DNA of 64,000 bases from Alphaproteobacteria bacterium WMHbin7. Lineage in GTDB: Bacteria > Pseudomonadota > Alphaproteobacteria > Rhodospirillales > WMHbin7. Below the pieces are notes generated by a model. It did no database searches. It was not told where the DNA came from and saw only the letters and a list, made by a program, of their open reading frames with translations. Made by a program: the position numbers and the translations under genes. The number at the start of each line of letters is the position of its first letter. Position 1 is the stretch's first letter. The stretch spans positions 14,399 to 78,398 of the forward strand of contig PDZW01000011.1 of the NCBI GenBank assembly GCA_002753155.1, in the 5' to 3' direction. Shown piece by piece: positions 30,375 through 40,123 of this stretch.

Positions 30375-33115
30375 CCATGCAGCCCCCCTTGTCGCTGCCC
30401 GATGTTCCCGCCCTGGTGGCCGGGGCCGGAACAGTGGCTGCCGCCTTTCCCGATGGCACACTGGAAACGCTGGATATCCTGGAAGCCGGGCGCATTGCCA
30501 AAACCGCCCGGCCCATCGTGGTGCATCGCTTAAGCGTTGCCGCCAAGCTGAAGATCGACAGTTTCGTCGCTCACGATCTGTTGGAGTTGTTCGCCTTTGT
30601 CCGCCCGGCCCAATCCTGCCTGCCCAGTCCCGACGGCCTATGTGCCCTCCTGGGCCTTGCCAAACCCAAGGACCGGCTGGATGCCGCCCTGGCCCTGCCC
30701 GAAATCGCCACCCGCCTGCTTTCGGAGCTGACCGGCTTAAGCCCCAGGATGCGTTCCGTTGCTTTGGGATGCGCCATCGCCATGAGCAAGGGCGGCTGGG
30801 CCTGGGGGCCATCGGTCCTGGCGGCCCTGGGCCATGAGGGAGAGTTGCCGCACCGCTCCAACACGCTGGCCGGATTGAAGCTGTGGGAACGCTTGCCCGA
30901 ATGGAGCGACCACGCGCCGCCGCCACCGCCAGGCTCGGCACCTGTCGAAGCCAGTGCCGCACGAAGCCGTCTGGCGACATTGCTGGGAACGGGGGCTGAA
31001 GACCGCCCGCAACAGGCCGACTATGCCTCGGCCGCCTGCTTTGCCTTTCAGCCCCGCAAGATGCAAGACGCACCCAATGCCGTACTGGCCGAGGCGGGTA
31101 CGGGTACAGGCAAGACGCTGGGCTATGTCGCACCTGCCAGCCTGTGGGCCGAGATCAACGAGGGCACGGTCTGGATCAGCACCTATACGCGCCATCTGCA
31201 ACGCCAGATCGATGGCGAACTCGACCGGCTGTATCCCGATCCCGACGAAAAGGCGCGGCGCGTCGTGCTGCGCAAGGGCCGCGAAAACTATCTGTGCCTT
31301 TTGAATCTGGAAGAGGCGGTGCAGGGTCTGCCTTCCCGCCCCGACGACGCGGTGGCGCTGGGTTTGATGGCGCGCTGGTGTCTGGCCTCACGCGATGGCG
31401 ATCTGGTGGGCGGCGATTTTCCAGGCTGGCTGGCCGATCTGGTGGGGCGCAACCGCACGCTGGGCCTGGCCGACCGCCGCGGCGAATGCATCTTCTCGTC
31501 TTGCTCGCACATCACGCGCTGCTTCGTCGAACGCTCGATCCGCAAGGCCCGGCGGGCACGCATCGTGATCGCCAATCACGCGCTGGTGATGATTCAATCT
31601 TCGCTGGGCGCCATCGGCGACGACGGCGCCGTGCAACGCCTGATCTTCGACGAAGGCCATCATCTGTTCGATGCCGCCGACGGCGCCTTCTCGGCGCATC
31701 TTTCGGGCCTGGAAACCCATGAGTTGCGCCGCTGGCTGCTGGGTGCCGAGGAAGGATCGCGCTCTCGGGCCAGGGGCTTGAAGAAACGGGTCGAGGAACT
31801 GGTGGCTGCCGATCAGGAAGCCTCGGATGCGCTTCAGGCGTCCCTTCAAGCGGCACAGCATCTGCCCGGAGCCGGATGGGCCAAGCGCCTGAAGGATCGG
31901 GCCCCCTATGGGGCGGGCGAACGCTTCCTCGATCTGGTGCGCCAGCAGGTGCTGGCCAGGGCGGACAAGCATTCCTATACGCTGGAATGCGACTCGCTTC
32001 CCCTGATCGAGGGGCTTGCCCCTGCGGCGGCCACGCTGGGGGTGGCACTTGAGCGCATGGCAAAGCCCCTGTCCCTGCTGGCCAAGCGCCTTGCGCGCAA
32101 ACTGGCCGACGAGGCCAAGGATCTGGATGTCGCCACGCGCCAGCGGATCGAAAGCCTGATCCGCTCCATCGAGCGGCGCGCCCTGGTGCCGCTGATCGCC
32201 TGGGGGCGCATGCTGGCCGAGATGGAGAAATCTGGCAGCGGCGAAACCATCGATTGGATGACGATCGAACAGATCGACGGGCGCGAAATCGATGTGGGGC
32301 TCAACCGCGCCTATGTCGATCCCACCAGGCCCTTTGCCGAACAGGTGATGATGCCCGCCCATGGCGTGTTGATCACCTCGGCCACCCTGACCGATACCAC
32401 CCAGGATGCCGATACCGACTGGCTGGCCGCCGAACGGCGCACTGGAACGGTTCATCTGCCCCTGCCCGCCCTTCGCGCCGCCCACCCCTCGCCCTACCGC
32501 TATGCCGATCAGGCCCGCGTTCTGATCGTGACCGACGTCAGAAAAGACGACCTGGATCAGGTGGCCGCCGCCTACCGCGAACTGTTCATCGCGGCGGGCG
32601 GCGGAGCCCTTGGTCTGTTCACGGCGATTGTGCGCTTGAAGGGGGTGCAGGGGCGCATCATCAAGCCGCTCGACGAAGCGGGCCTGCCCTTGTTGTCGCA
32701 GCATGTCGATGGGCTGGACAACGCCACCCTGGTCGATCTGTTTAGGTCCGAGGAAGACGCCTGTCTGCTGGGCACCGACGCCATGCGTGACGGCGTGGAC
32801 GTGCCGGGCCGAGCGCTCCGCCTGCTGGTCTTTGACCGTGTGCCCTGGCCCCGGCCTGATATCGTGCATCGCGCCAGAAGGGCGGCTTTCGGCGGCAAGC
32901 AGTACGACGACATGCTGACGCGCTTCAAACTGAAGCAGGCCTTCGGACGCCTGATCCGCAAGGAAAGCGATCATGGGGTTTTTGTGCTCTTGGATCCCAT
33001 GATGCCGTCGCGCCTGTTCGGCGCCTTTCCCGATGGCGTCGTGCCGCGTCGCCTCGGCCTGGCCGAGGCGGTGGCGGAAATCAGGGGGTTTTTATCTAGC
33101 GCACGATCGTTTTAA
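30371..33115 (+). CDS. DinG/YoaA family ATP-dependent helicase
   Basis: EAGTGTGKT, KGRENYLC, Fe-S-type Cys, NHAL, DEGHH, SATL, GVDVPG, QAFGRLIR. Confidence 0.92.
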   Translation: MTMQPPLSLPDVPALVAGAGTVAAAFPDGTLETLDILEAGRIAKTARPIVVHRLSVAAKLKIDSFVAHDLLELFAFVRPAQSCLPSPDGLCALLGLAKPKDRLDAALALPEIATRLLSELTGLSPRMRSVALGCAIAMSKGGWAWGPSVLAALGHEGELPHRSNTLAGLKLWERLPEWSDHAPPPPPGSAPVEASAARSRLATLLGTGAEDRPQQADYASAACFAFQPRKMQDAPNAVLAEAGTGTGKTLGYVAPASLWAEINEGTVWISTYTRHLQRQIDGELDRLYPDPDEKARRVVLRKGRENYLCLLNLEEAVQGLPSRPDDAVALGLMARWCLASRDGDLVGGDFPGWLADLVGRNRTLGLADRRGECIFSSCSHITRCFVERSIRKARRARIVIANHALVMIQSSLGAIGDDGAVQRLIFDEGHHLFDAADGAFSAHLSGLETHELRRWLLGAEEGSRSRARGLKKRVEELVAADQEASDALQASLQAAQHLPGAGWAKRLKDRAPYGAGERFLDLVRQQVLARADKHSYTLECDSLPLIEGLAPAAATLGVALERMAKPLSLLAKRLARKLADEAKDLDVATRQRIESLIRSIERRALVPLIAWGRMLAEMEKSGSGETIDWMTIEQIDGREIDVGLNRAYVDPTRPFAEQVMMPAHGVLITSATLTDTTQDADTDWLAAERRTGTVHLPLPALRAAHPSPYRYADQARVLIVTDVRKDDLDQVAAAYRELFIAAGGGALGLFTAIVRLKGVQGRIIKPLDEAGLPLLSQHVDGLDNATLVDLFRSEEDACLLGTDAMRDGVDVPGRALRLLVFDRVPWPRPDIVHRARRAAFGGKQYDDMLTRFKLKQAFGRLIRKESDHGVFVLLDPMMPSRLFGAFPDGVVPRRLGLAEAVAEIRGFLSSARSF

Positions 33116-33237
33116 TCCGAGTCACTTTGTGGCACGGATTAAAACGTGAATCGTTCGCTAAAACAAATTGGTAGAGCGGATTCACGCCAGAATCGAAGCC
33201 ATCTAACGGCTTCGATTTCAGGCAACCCGCTCTAGCG
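33095..33237. mobile_element. two-hairpin palindromic intergenic element (RIME/Bru-RS/MITE-like)
   Basis: hairpin 1 CGTTTTAATCCG/CGGATTAAAACG; hairpin 2 TAGAGCGG..AATCGAAGCC/GGCTTCGATT..CCGCTCTA; flanked by direct repeat TCTAGCG. Confidence 0.75.
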
Positions 33238-33259
33238 GACCTTCCGGCGGTTCGGCTAA

Positions 33260-33670
33260 TTAGGGCACCACCTCGACGCCCGCTTTTTTCGCAGCCGCGA
33301 TCAGCTCGGCATCGCACGAGGCAAGCGGCAATCCCCTGCGGATCGCCAGTTCGAGATAAGCCGCGTCATAGATCGTCAGGCCATGCTTGATGGCTAGCCG
33401 TCTTGTCTCGCCCCAGGCATGCTCGTCTGTTTCGGGGTCGACAAAAATACGAAATCTTTCAAGACGTAGAAGACCGCGTTCAACAAGCGCCTGGTCGCAG
33501 CGCTTGCGCCGAACGGAATGCTGAAGGACGTTGGCCACCTCTAGCCGCCATAGCGATGGAACAACCGCTCCATTGATGGCAACAAGGCGAAGAACAGATT
33601 GACTGGCCTCATTACTCTCATCGTCAAGAAGCCAAGCCAACGCCATCGATGCATCGAGAACGAGGCTCAC
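33260..33670 (-). CDS. VapC/PIN toxin
   Basis: VLDASMALAW, W.LEVAN, GLTIYDAAYLELA. Confidence 0.92.
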   Translation of the reverse strand: MSLVLDASMALAWLLDDESNEASQSVLRLVAINGAVVPSLWRLEVANVLQHSVRRKRCDQALVERGLLRLERFRIFVDPETDEHAWGETRRLAIKHGLTIYDAAYLELAIRRGLPLASCDAELIAAAKKAGVEVVP

Positions 33671-33933
33671 TTCCTGCGACCTTCGTGCAGCATTTCAAGT
33701 ATTTCGGCACGGCTCATGCGGAACTTGCTCTTCGCCCTTTCGGCGATGATCTCCTCGGCGGCCTTGATGGCGTCCGCTCGCGAATGGGCGGCGGGACGGC
33801 GGATCAGGATGTCGCCATCCTTGACCTCCATCTCGACCTTCTCGCCTTCGCCAAGCCCCGTTGCCTTGGCAATCTCGAGAGGAACGCGCAAGGCAAGGTT
33901 CTTGCCCCATCTTCCAACCGTTACATGCGACAT
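33667..33933 (-). CDS. AbrB/MazE/VapB antitoxin
   Basis: GRWGKNLALRVP......GL.EGE; imperfect palindrome GGGATAT-N6-ATATCCC upstream at 33952-33971. Confidence 0.88.
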   Translation of the reverse strand: MSHVTVGRWGKNLALRVPLEIAKATGLGEGEKVEMEVKDGDILIRRPAAHSRADAIKAAEEIIAERAKSKFRMSRAEILEMLHEGRRK

Positions 33934-33989
33934 CTCAGGCCTCCTCCAGCTGGGATATCCTAGCATATCCCAAGAGACTCAGGAACCCC

Positions 33990-36311
33990 TCACCCCACCG
34001 GCAGATAAAGGATCACCGTGGTCCCTTCGCCATGCGCCGAGGCGATTTCGATGCGCCCGCCATGCAACTCGATGAAGCGTTTGACCAGCACCAGGCCGAT
34101 GCCGCCCGATTTTCCAGGCTTGCCCGCATCCAGCGAGCCTTCCAGCAGGGCCTGCTCGGACTCAGGGATTCCCGATCCGGTATCGGCCACCGTGAACACC
34201 ACCTCTTTTCCCATGCGATTGGCTGCCAGCGTGATCTGCCCGCCTTCGGGCGTGAATTTCACGGCATTGCTGACCAGATTGTAGAGGGCCTGTTTCAGGC
34301 GTTTGGCATCGCCCACCATCCAGCCGATATCGGGTGGGCAATCGTAATTGAGGATGAGCCCCTTGGCCTTCACCGCCTCGCGCGTCAGCGCCAGGACGCC
34401 CGAAAGAAGAACTGTGATATCCAAGGTATCGATGGCAAGCGTCAGCTTTCCCGCTTCCAGTGTCGCCAGTTCCACCATGGCATCGACCAGCCCATAGGCC
34501 AGACGTGCCGAATCCAGAACGCCCTTCACATGCTCGGCTTGGCGCGAATTCAGGTCGCCGTAATAGGCGTTGGCCAGAATGTCGGCATGCCCCACGGCGG
34601 CCTCGATGGGAGCGCGAACCTCGGCAGCCACACTGGCCACGAACTCGGCGCCCAGGCGGTTGGCCGCCTCAAGCGCATGGCCGCGCTCGATTAGGGCCAG
34701 TTGTACACGGGCCGTGTCGGTCACGTCGTACCAGGTGACCAGAAGCCCGCCATCGGGCAAAGGCAGGCTGGCCTGATCGAGAATGAGGCCATCGATGCGC
34801 TCGATCCTGACCACCTCGGCCAGACGTTCGGCCAGCAGGCGCTCGACCCCCTTATGCAGGCTGTCCCAACGGCGCTGATCCACGAAAGCGCGCTCGACAT
34901 CGAACAGCCAACTGGCGTGCGGCTGGCTCATCAGCACGGCATTGTCGAGATTCCAAAGGCGCACCAGGGCCTGATTGAACAGTTTCAAGCGCCCGTCATC
35001 GCCAAACACGGCAACGGCTTCGTGCAGATGATCGAGCGTTTGGCGATGCACCGCGATCATGGTGTTGTAGGAACGCTCAAGCGCCAGCTTGTCGGTGACA
35101 TTTTCGTAGGTGAAAAGCAACCCGCCCAGGGGATGGGGAGCGATCAGGCGCCTCAGCGTGGTGCCGTCGGGCAGATGCACGATATCCTCGGCGGGTTCCA
35201 TCAGGCTGGTAAAACGCTTGAGTTCCGCTTCCTTGAAAGCGGGGAAATCGGCCTGCTCGGGCAGCAGGCGGCGCTCGCGCAGGGCCTCCAGCACCTCGAC
35301 ATAGGCGGGTCCCTGGGCCAGCCAGTTACGCTCCAAGCGCCAGAGATGGACATAGGCGTCGTTGAAGAAAGCAAGGCGCGTATCCGGCCCGTGAATGGCG
35401 ATGGCGGGAGTCAGGCGTTCCAGCACGTCGCCATGGGCGGCAATGTGCCGAGCCAAGGCAGCGTGGGATTCCTCAAGGCGCGTCGTATCTTGCGCATAGC
35501 CAACCACCCCACCCGAAAGCGGCGTCTCGGCGATCTCGAACAGGCGCCGCCTGCCTTCCACCACCAGATGGCGCGACTGGGTCAGCGCCCGGTTCTCGGA
35601 CCTGACCGTTTCGGCCATCGAAGGCCCGTCGGGCAGCAGTTCGTTTTGCGCCGACACGGCGGCAGCGGGCGAAATGGCATCCACCGCCTGGGCATAGGCG
35701 CGGTTGCACCAGACCAGTTTCAATTCGGAATCGCGAAGCCAGACCGGCATCGGCATGGCATTGAGAACGGCGCGCAGACGGTCTCGCTCGCTCAAAAGAA
35801 CGAAGGTTTCCGAGGACAACCGGTCCAGCGTTTCCGTGTTTTGCGTGATGTCCTCGGCCCACAGCACATCGCCCAGCCAGCGATCTTGCGAATCCGAAAT
35901 GCGCTGGCCGCTAAAGCGGATACGCCTGGCCGGCTCCAAAAGAGCCGCCTCCAGCGTGAAGGCGGCGCCTTCGCGCTTCAGGCCCTGCACCCCGGCCAGC
36001 AGAGCTGCCTGATCGGAAGGGCCGAAATATTGAACAAGCTCCTCAAAGCGGGTGTCGGTTCCCGCCCTCAAACCCAGCATGACGGCCAGGCGTCGCGAGC
36101 AGACCTGCCTGCCATTGGCGTCCCAGCGGTAATAGCCGTTGGGGGCGAAGGTCAGCATTTCCTGAAGACGCAAGGTCTCCTCGGCGCTAGCTTCCAGGGC
36201 GATATCATGCTCGACCCTTTTGCGCGCAAGCCAAGCCAGACCGGCAACGGCAGCGGCCAGGGCCACGGCAAAAGCCAGGGCAAGCGGGGAAAGGGCGGCG
36301 GGATCGGTCAT
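33990..36311 (-). CDS. DivL-like multi-PAS histidine pseudokinase
   Basis: N-terminal TM, several PAS folds, RERRLLPEQADF, HATPase NLVSNAVKFT/DTGSGI; H-box reads FVASVAAEVRAP. Confidence 0.8.
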   Translation of the reverse strand: MTDPAALSPLALAFAVALAAAVAGLAWLARKRVEHDIALEASAEETLRLQEMLTFAPNGYYRWDANGRQVCSRRLAVMLGLRAGTDTRFEELVQYFGPSDQAALLAGVQGLKREGAAFTLEAALLEPARRIRFSGQRISDSQDRWLGDVLWAEDITQNTETLDRLSSETFVLLSERDRLRAVLNAMPMPVWLRDSELKLVWCNRAYAQAVDAISPAAAVSAQNELLPDGPSMAETVRSENRALTQSRHLVVEGRRRLFEIAETPLSGGVVGYAQDTTRLEESHAALARHIAAHGDVLERLTPAIAIHGPDTRLAFFNDAYVHLWRLERNWLAQGPAYVEVLEALRERRLLPEQADFPAFKEAELKRFTSLMEPAEDIVHLPDGTTLRRLIAPHPLGGLLFTYENVTDKLALERSYNTMIAVHRQTLDHLHEAVAVFGDDGRLKLFNQALVRLWNLDNAVLMSQPHASWLFDVERAFVDQRRWDSLHKGVERLLAERLAEVVRIERIDGLILDQASLPLPDGGLLVTWYDVTDTARVQLALIERGHALEAANRLGAEFVASVAAEVRAPIEAAVGHADILANAYYGDLNSRQAEHVKGVLDSARLAYGLVDAMVELATLEAGKLTLAIDTLDITVLLSGVLALTREAVKAKGLILNYDCPPDIGWMVGDAKRLKQALYNLVSNAVKFTPEGGQITLAANRMGKEVVFTVADTGSGIPESEQALLEGSLDAGKPGKSGGIGLVLVKRFIELHGGRIEIASAHGEGTTVILYLPVG

Positions 36312-36361
36312 GCAAGCCTGAGTCTGGCTGCCTTGCTTCAGAAAGGCAAGCGGGGATGGGG

Positions 36362-36736
36362 CTATTTTTCCTCTATATCCCTTGCCAGCCACGCCTCCAA
36401 GGCCTCCAGCGAAGCGGCTTGAAGGTGACTCATGGCGCACGCCTGGCTGAATGCCCCCGCCCCATCGCCCTTGCTGGCGGCGGCTTCTGCCGCCTTGCCC
36501 TGCCGGTAAAGAGCGGCAAATCCCAGATTGACCGCAGCCCCGGCAATCTTGTGGGCCATGCGCCCCACCCGTTCGACATCCTCTTGCGCCAGCGCCGCCT
36601 CAAGATCGGCAAAATTCTGGGCCGAACTGGCCCGGTAGGTCCCGACCAGAGATTGAAGTTTGGCCAGACCAAGCAGGTCTTGCCACTGGCAAAGCTTGGC
36701 CTCGTCGAGCAAGACAGCAGGAAAGTCATCCGTCAC
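36362..36736 (-). CDS. stand-alone Hpt phosphotransfer protein
   Basis: AHKIAGAAVNLG Hpt motif. Confidence 0.82.
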   Translation of the reverse strand: MTDDFPAVLLDEAKLCQWQDLLGLAKLQSLVGTYRASSAQNFADLEAALAQEDVERVGRMAHKIAGAAVNLGFAALYRQGKAAEAAASKGDGAGAFSQACAMSHLQAASLEALEAWLARDIEEK

Positions 36737-36856
36737 GAAAGCACCCCTTTAGGAATCCGGTTATCCTACAAAAGGTTAGGCACCTGCTCCAGCAATTCCT
36801 TGCAAAGGCCCGCTGCTTAGATATTCTCCTGGCCTCTTCATCTTGGTTCAAAGCTC

Positions 36857-37360
36857 ATGCTCGTCCTTGTCGCCTATATCGCTGTCATCTTTCTGGCCAA
36901 TTGGGCCATTCAAGCCTTCCATCTGGTTCCCGTCGGCTTTGGCCTGATGGCGCCCGCCGGCGTCTATTTCGCGGGTCTGGCCTTCACCTTGCGCGATCTG
37001 GTTCAAGACAGACTGGGACGCAACTGGACCATCGGCGCCATTCTGGCGGGCGCCCTGCTCTCTTATCTGATCGAGCCGAAATTCGCCCTGGCCAGCGGCA
37101 TCGCCTTCCTGCTTTCCGAACTTCTCGATTTTGCCGTCTATACGCCCCTGCGTAACCGCAACTGGATGCTGGCTGTAACGCTGTCCAATCTGGCGGGGCT
37201 GGTGGCCGACAGCGCGTTGTTTCTGATGATCGCCTTTGGCAGCATCGATTTCCTGGCCGGGCAGATCGTCGGCAAGCTGTGGATGACCATGGGTGCCGTT
37301 GCCGTTCTGTGGCTGATCCGCAGGCGTCACCCCGGCCATTCCGCCTCCGCCTCGAAATGA
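36857..37360 (+). CDS. VUT/YhhQ family queuosine-precursor transporter (short type)
   Basis: hydrophobic; F.LRD.VQ, SELLDFAVYT, DS.LF...AFG, GQIVGK; overlaps the queC start. Confidence 0.82.
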   Translation: MLVLVAYIAVIFLANWAIQAFHLVPVGFGLMAPAGVYFAGLAFTLRDLVQDRLGRNWTIGAILAGALLSYLIEPKFALASGIAFLLSELLDFAVYTPLRNRNWMLAVTLSNLAGLVADSALFLMIAFGSIDFLAGQIVGKLWMTMGAVAVLWLIRRRHPGHSASASK

Positions 37361-38085
37361 CCAAGCTGGCGGTGACGCTGCTTTCGGGCGGCCTGGATTC
37401 CGTTACCGCCACTGCTTGGGCCAAAGCCGAGGGTTGGGACGTATCGGCCCTCTCGATCGATTACGGCCAGCTTCACCGGCGGGAACTTGTGGCCGCGCGC
37501 GCCACAGCCAAACATCTGGGCATTCCTTATCACGAAACCGATGCGCGCTTCTTCGCCTCGCTGGCCAGACATTCCGCCCTGACCGATGCGACCGTTCACG
37601 CCCTGCCCCAGGGTCGCGCCCCCGAATCCATGCCGGAAGGCGATATTCCCATCACTTATGTGCCCATGCGCAACAGCGTCTTTCTGACCCTGGCGGCGGC
37701 TTTTTTGGAAAGCCTTGTCCTGGGCGCCGTCGAAAACAGGGGCATCGATCCTTCGACGATCAGGGCCGGTGTGATCATCGCCGCCAACGCGCTTGACTAT
37801 TCCGGCTATCCCGATTGCCGCCCCTCTTTCTACGCGGCAGCAAGAAGCATGCTTAATCTGGGTTCGAAGATGTTCACCCAGCACAAGGTCGAGATCGAAA
37901 TCCTGACTCCGTTGATCGCCATGTCGAAGGCCGAGATCGTTACGCTTGGGATGAAATTGAAAGCACCCCTGCATCTTTCCTGGAGCTGCTATCTGGGCGA
38001 AGAAAGTCCCTGCGGCACCTGCGATAGCTGCCTTCTGCGCGCCAAAGGCTTTGCCGAGGCCGGAGTTAAGGACCCCGCCCTATAA
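37357..38085 (+). CDS. queC: 7-cyano-7-deazaguanine synthase
   Basis: LLSGGLDS, DYGQ.H, TYVPMRN, DYSGYPDCR, WSCY, CGTCDSC. Confidence 0.95.
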   Translation: MTKLAVTLLSGGLDSVTATAWAKAEGWDVSALSIDYGQLHRRELVAARATAKHLGIPYHETDARFFASLARHSALTDATVHALPQGRAPESMPEGDIPITYVPMRNSVFLTLAAAFLESLVLGAVENRGIDPSTIRAGVIIAANALDYSGYPDCRPSFYAAARSMLNLGSKMFTQHKVEIEILTPLIAMSKAEIVTLGMKLKAPLHLSWSCYLGEESPCGTCDSCLLRAKGFAEAGVKDPAL

Positions 38086-39423
38086 CGGCAATGTGATCCT
38101 GACCCGAAGCCCCCCAGAGGGATTATCCTCAAGCCTGATATCGCCGCCATGGCTGCGCACGATATCGCGGGCGATGGTCAGCCCCAGACCGACACCGCCG
38201 GTCCGCTTGTTGCGCGAGCCTTCGATGCGATAGAAGGGCCTGAACACCTCGTCACGCATCTCGGCGGGAATGCCGGGCCCATTGTCATCGACCAGAAGTT
38301 CGACACCATCGTCGCGCAACCCAGCGCGAACCCAGACATGCTTGGCATAGCGCACCGCATTGCCGATGATGTTGTTCAGACAGCGGCGCACCGCATCGGG
38401 ACGCAGCATCAAGGCCATGTCGCCTTCGATATGCAGATCGATATCGATGCCCTGGCGTTTGAATCCGCTGACGATCTCTTCCAAAAGGCGCGACAGATCC
38501 ACCTTGACCGGAGCCTCACCGCCCTCTCCCCTGGCAAAGGCCAGATAGCCTTCGATCATGCGCCCCATCTCGTCGAGATCGGTTTTCAGATCGGCCACCC
38601 CATCGGCCTCGCCCATCATGGCCAATTGCAGCTTCATGCGGGTGAGCGGCGTCCTCAGATCGTGCGAAACGCCCGCCAGCATTTCGGTACGGTGCCCCAA
38701 AAGACTTTTGATGCGATCACGCATGCGGGCAAAGGCGATGGCAGCCAGACGAACCTCGGCCGCACCCTCGGGCTTCAGATAGGGAACGTCATGGCCCTTG
38801 CCCAACGCATCGGCGGCGGCAGCCAGGCGGCGGACAGACTTGACCTGATTGCGCATGAAAACGATGGCAATGCTAGACACCAGCAAAGCGGTGCCCAGCA
38901 TCCATAACAGGAAGATGTAGGTGGTGGAGCTGGCCAGACGCTTGGTGGGCGCAAAGATGTGCAGCACGCCATCTTGCACCTGCACGCGAATTTCGACCCA
39001 GCGTTCAAGCGAGGCATCAATGGAAAAGGGGCGCTGCAACTGGCTCTGCAAGACGCTGAAAAGATCATCTTCGAACAGCGTGTTTCCGGAATAGAGTGGA
39101 ATGTTGGGAAGCACTTCGCCTTCGCTGAAGGTGATGGATAGGCCCATGCTGTCATCGACCAGATCGAAAATCCAGGAACGGTTGTCGGCCCCCGGATAGG
39201 CTCTTAGGAATTCGACGATGGTGACGACATCGCCCACCAGATCCTGCGACAGCCTGCGTGTCACCGTCCCCCAATGTCGCTCGTAGAACACGACCGTCGC
39301 CACCAACTGCACGAGAACGAGCGGCAGCACGATGATCAGAAGCGAACGGCCAAGAAGGCCGCGCGGCAAAATCCGCTTCATCGCCGATGTCAGCCTCAGA
39401 TAGGGCTTGAAGCGAGAGATCAT
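38080..39423 (-). CDS. EnvZ-like sensor histidine kinase
   Basis: two TMs, HAMP, AGVSHDLRTPLTR, DDNGPGI, GGVGLGL. Confidence 0.93.
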   Translation of the reverse strand: MISRFKPYLRLTSAMKRILPRGLLGRSLLIIVLPLVLVQLVATVVFYERHWGTVTRRLSQDLVGDVVTIVEFLRAYPGADNRSWIFDLVDDSMGLSITFSEGEVLPNIPLYSGNTLFEDDLFSVLQSQLQRPFSIDASLERWVEIRVQVQDGVLHIFAPTKRLASSTTYIFLLWMLGTALLVSSIAIVFMRNQVKSVRRLAAAADALGKGHDVPYLKPEGAAEVRLAAIAFARMRDRIKSLLGHRTEMLAGVSHDLRTPLTRMKLQLAMMGEADGVADLKTDLDEMGRMIEGYLAFARGEGGEAPVKVDLSRLLEEIVSGFKRQGIDIDLHIEGDMALMLRPDAVRRCLNNIIGNAVRYAKHVWVRAGLRDDGVELLVDDNGPGIPAEMRDEVFRPFYRIEGSRNKRTGGVGLGLTIARDIVRSHGGDIRLEDNPSGGLRVRITLPL

Positions 39424-39430
39424 TTATATC

Positions 39431-40123
39431 TCAATCCGGCTTCAGAATGTAACCGCGCCCGCGCACGGTCTGCAGATAGCGGGGTTGCTGGGCATCGTCC
39501 ATCAGTTTCTTGCGAAGCCTGGTCACTTGCACATCGACCGTGCGCAGATTGCCGCCAACCCCGGTCAAGGCCGCCAATTCCTCGCGCGACAGCACCTGAC
39601 CCGGCGAGCGGGCCAAAGCAGCCATCAGCGTTGCCTCGGCCGTGGTCAGATGAACCAGATCATCTTGATGCATCAGGGCATCGCGGGCACCGTCATAGAC
39701 CAAGGCGCCCAGCTTCAGCCGCACTGATTCGAAGCTTGCAGCTTCGCGCGGCACACGCTTCAGAATGCTTTGAATGCGCAAGACCAGTTCCCTGGGCTCG
39801 AACGGCTTGGACAGATAATCATCGACCCCACCTTCCAGGCCCGCGATGCGATGTTCGGCCTCGCCCATCGCCGTCAGCATCAGAATGGGAACGCCATTAC
39901 CCGCCCTGCGAATGCTTTGCGCAAATGTCAGTCCGTCCTCGCCCGGCATCATGCGATCCAGCACCAAAAGATCGAAGGCCAGGGCCGCCATCTGCGAACG
40001 GGCTTCGCTTGTATCGGCGGCCAGTCCCACGGCAAAGCCCTGATCCACCAAAAACTTACCCAACAGACTGCGCAGCCGTTCGTCGTCGTCGATGACCAGA
40101 ACATGCGGCGCATCCGGGGTCAT
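39431..40123 (-). CDS. OmpR family response regulator (PetR-like)
   Basis: VIDDD, LDRMMPGEDG, KPFEPREL, RTVDVQVTRLRKK, TVRGRGY. Confidence 0.94.
   Translation of the reverse strand: MTPDAPHVLVIDDDERLRSLLGKFLVDQGFAVGLAADTSEARSQMAALAFDLLVLDRMMPGEDGLTFAQSIRRAGNGVPILMLTAMGEAEHRIAGLEGGVDDYLSKPFEPRELVLRIQSILKRVPREAASFESVRLKLGALVYDGARDALMHQDDLVHLTTAEATLMAALARSPGQVLSREELAALTGVGGNLRTVDVQVTRLRKKLMDDAQQPRYLQTVRGRGYILKPD

Noticed and set aside
34701-36422. Long antisense ORFs (also 18192-19571, 24005-25075, 25184-26458, 31388-32974, 51395-53044, 57824-59305)
   Set aside because: Shadow frames opposite well-supported genes in GC-rich DNA, with no recognisable motifs.
36737-36856. preQ1 riboswitch ahead of VUT-queC
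   Set aside because: No recognisable preQ1-I stem with an A-rich 3' tail; the space is short and shared with a divergent promoter.
36857-38085. Dpd 7-deazaguanine DNA-modification defence island
   Set aside because: No dpdA/tgtA5, dpdB or dpdC in the window; the flanking genes are ordinary signalling genes.
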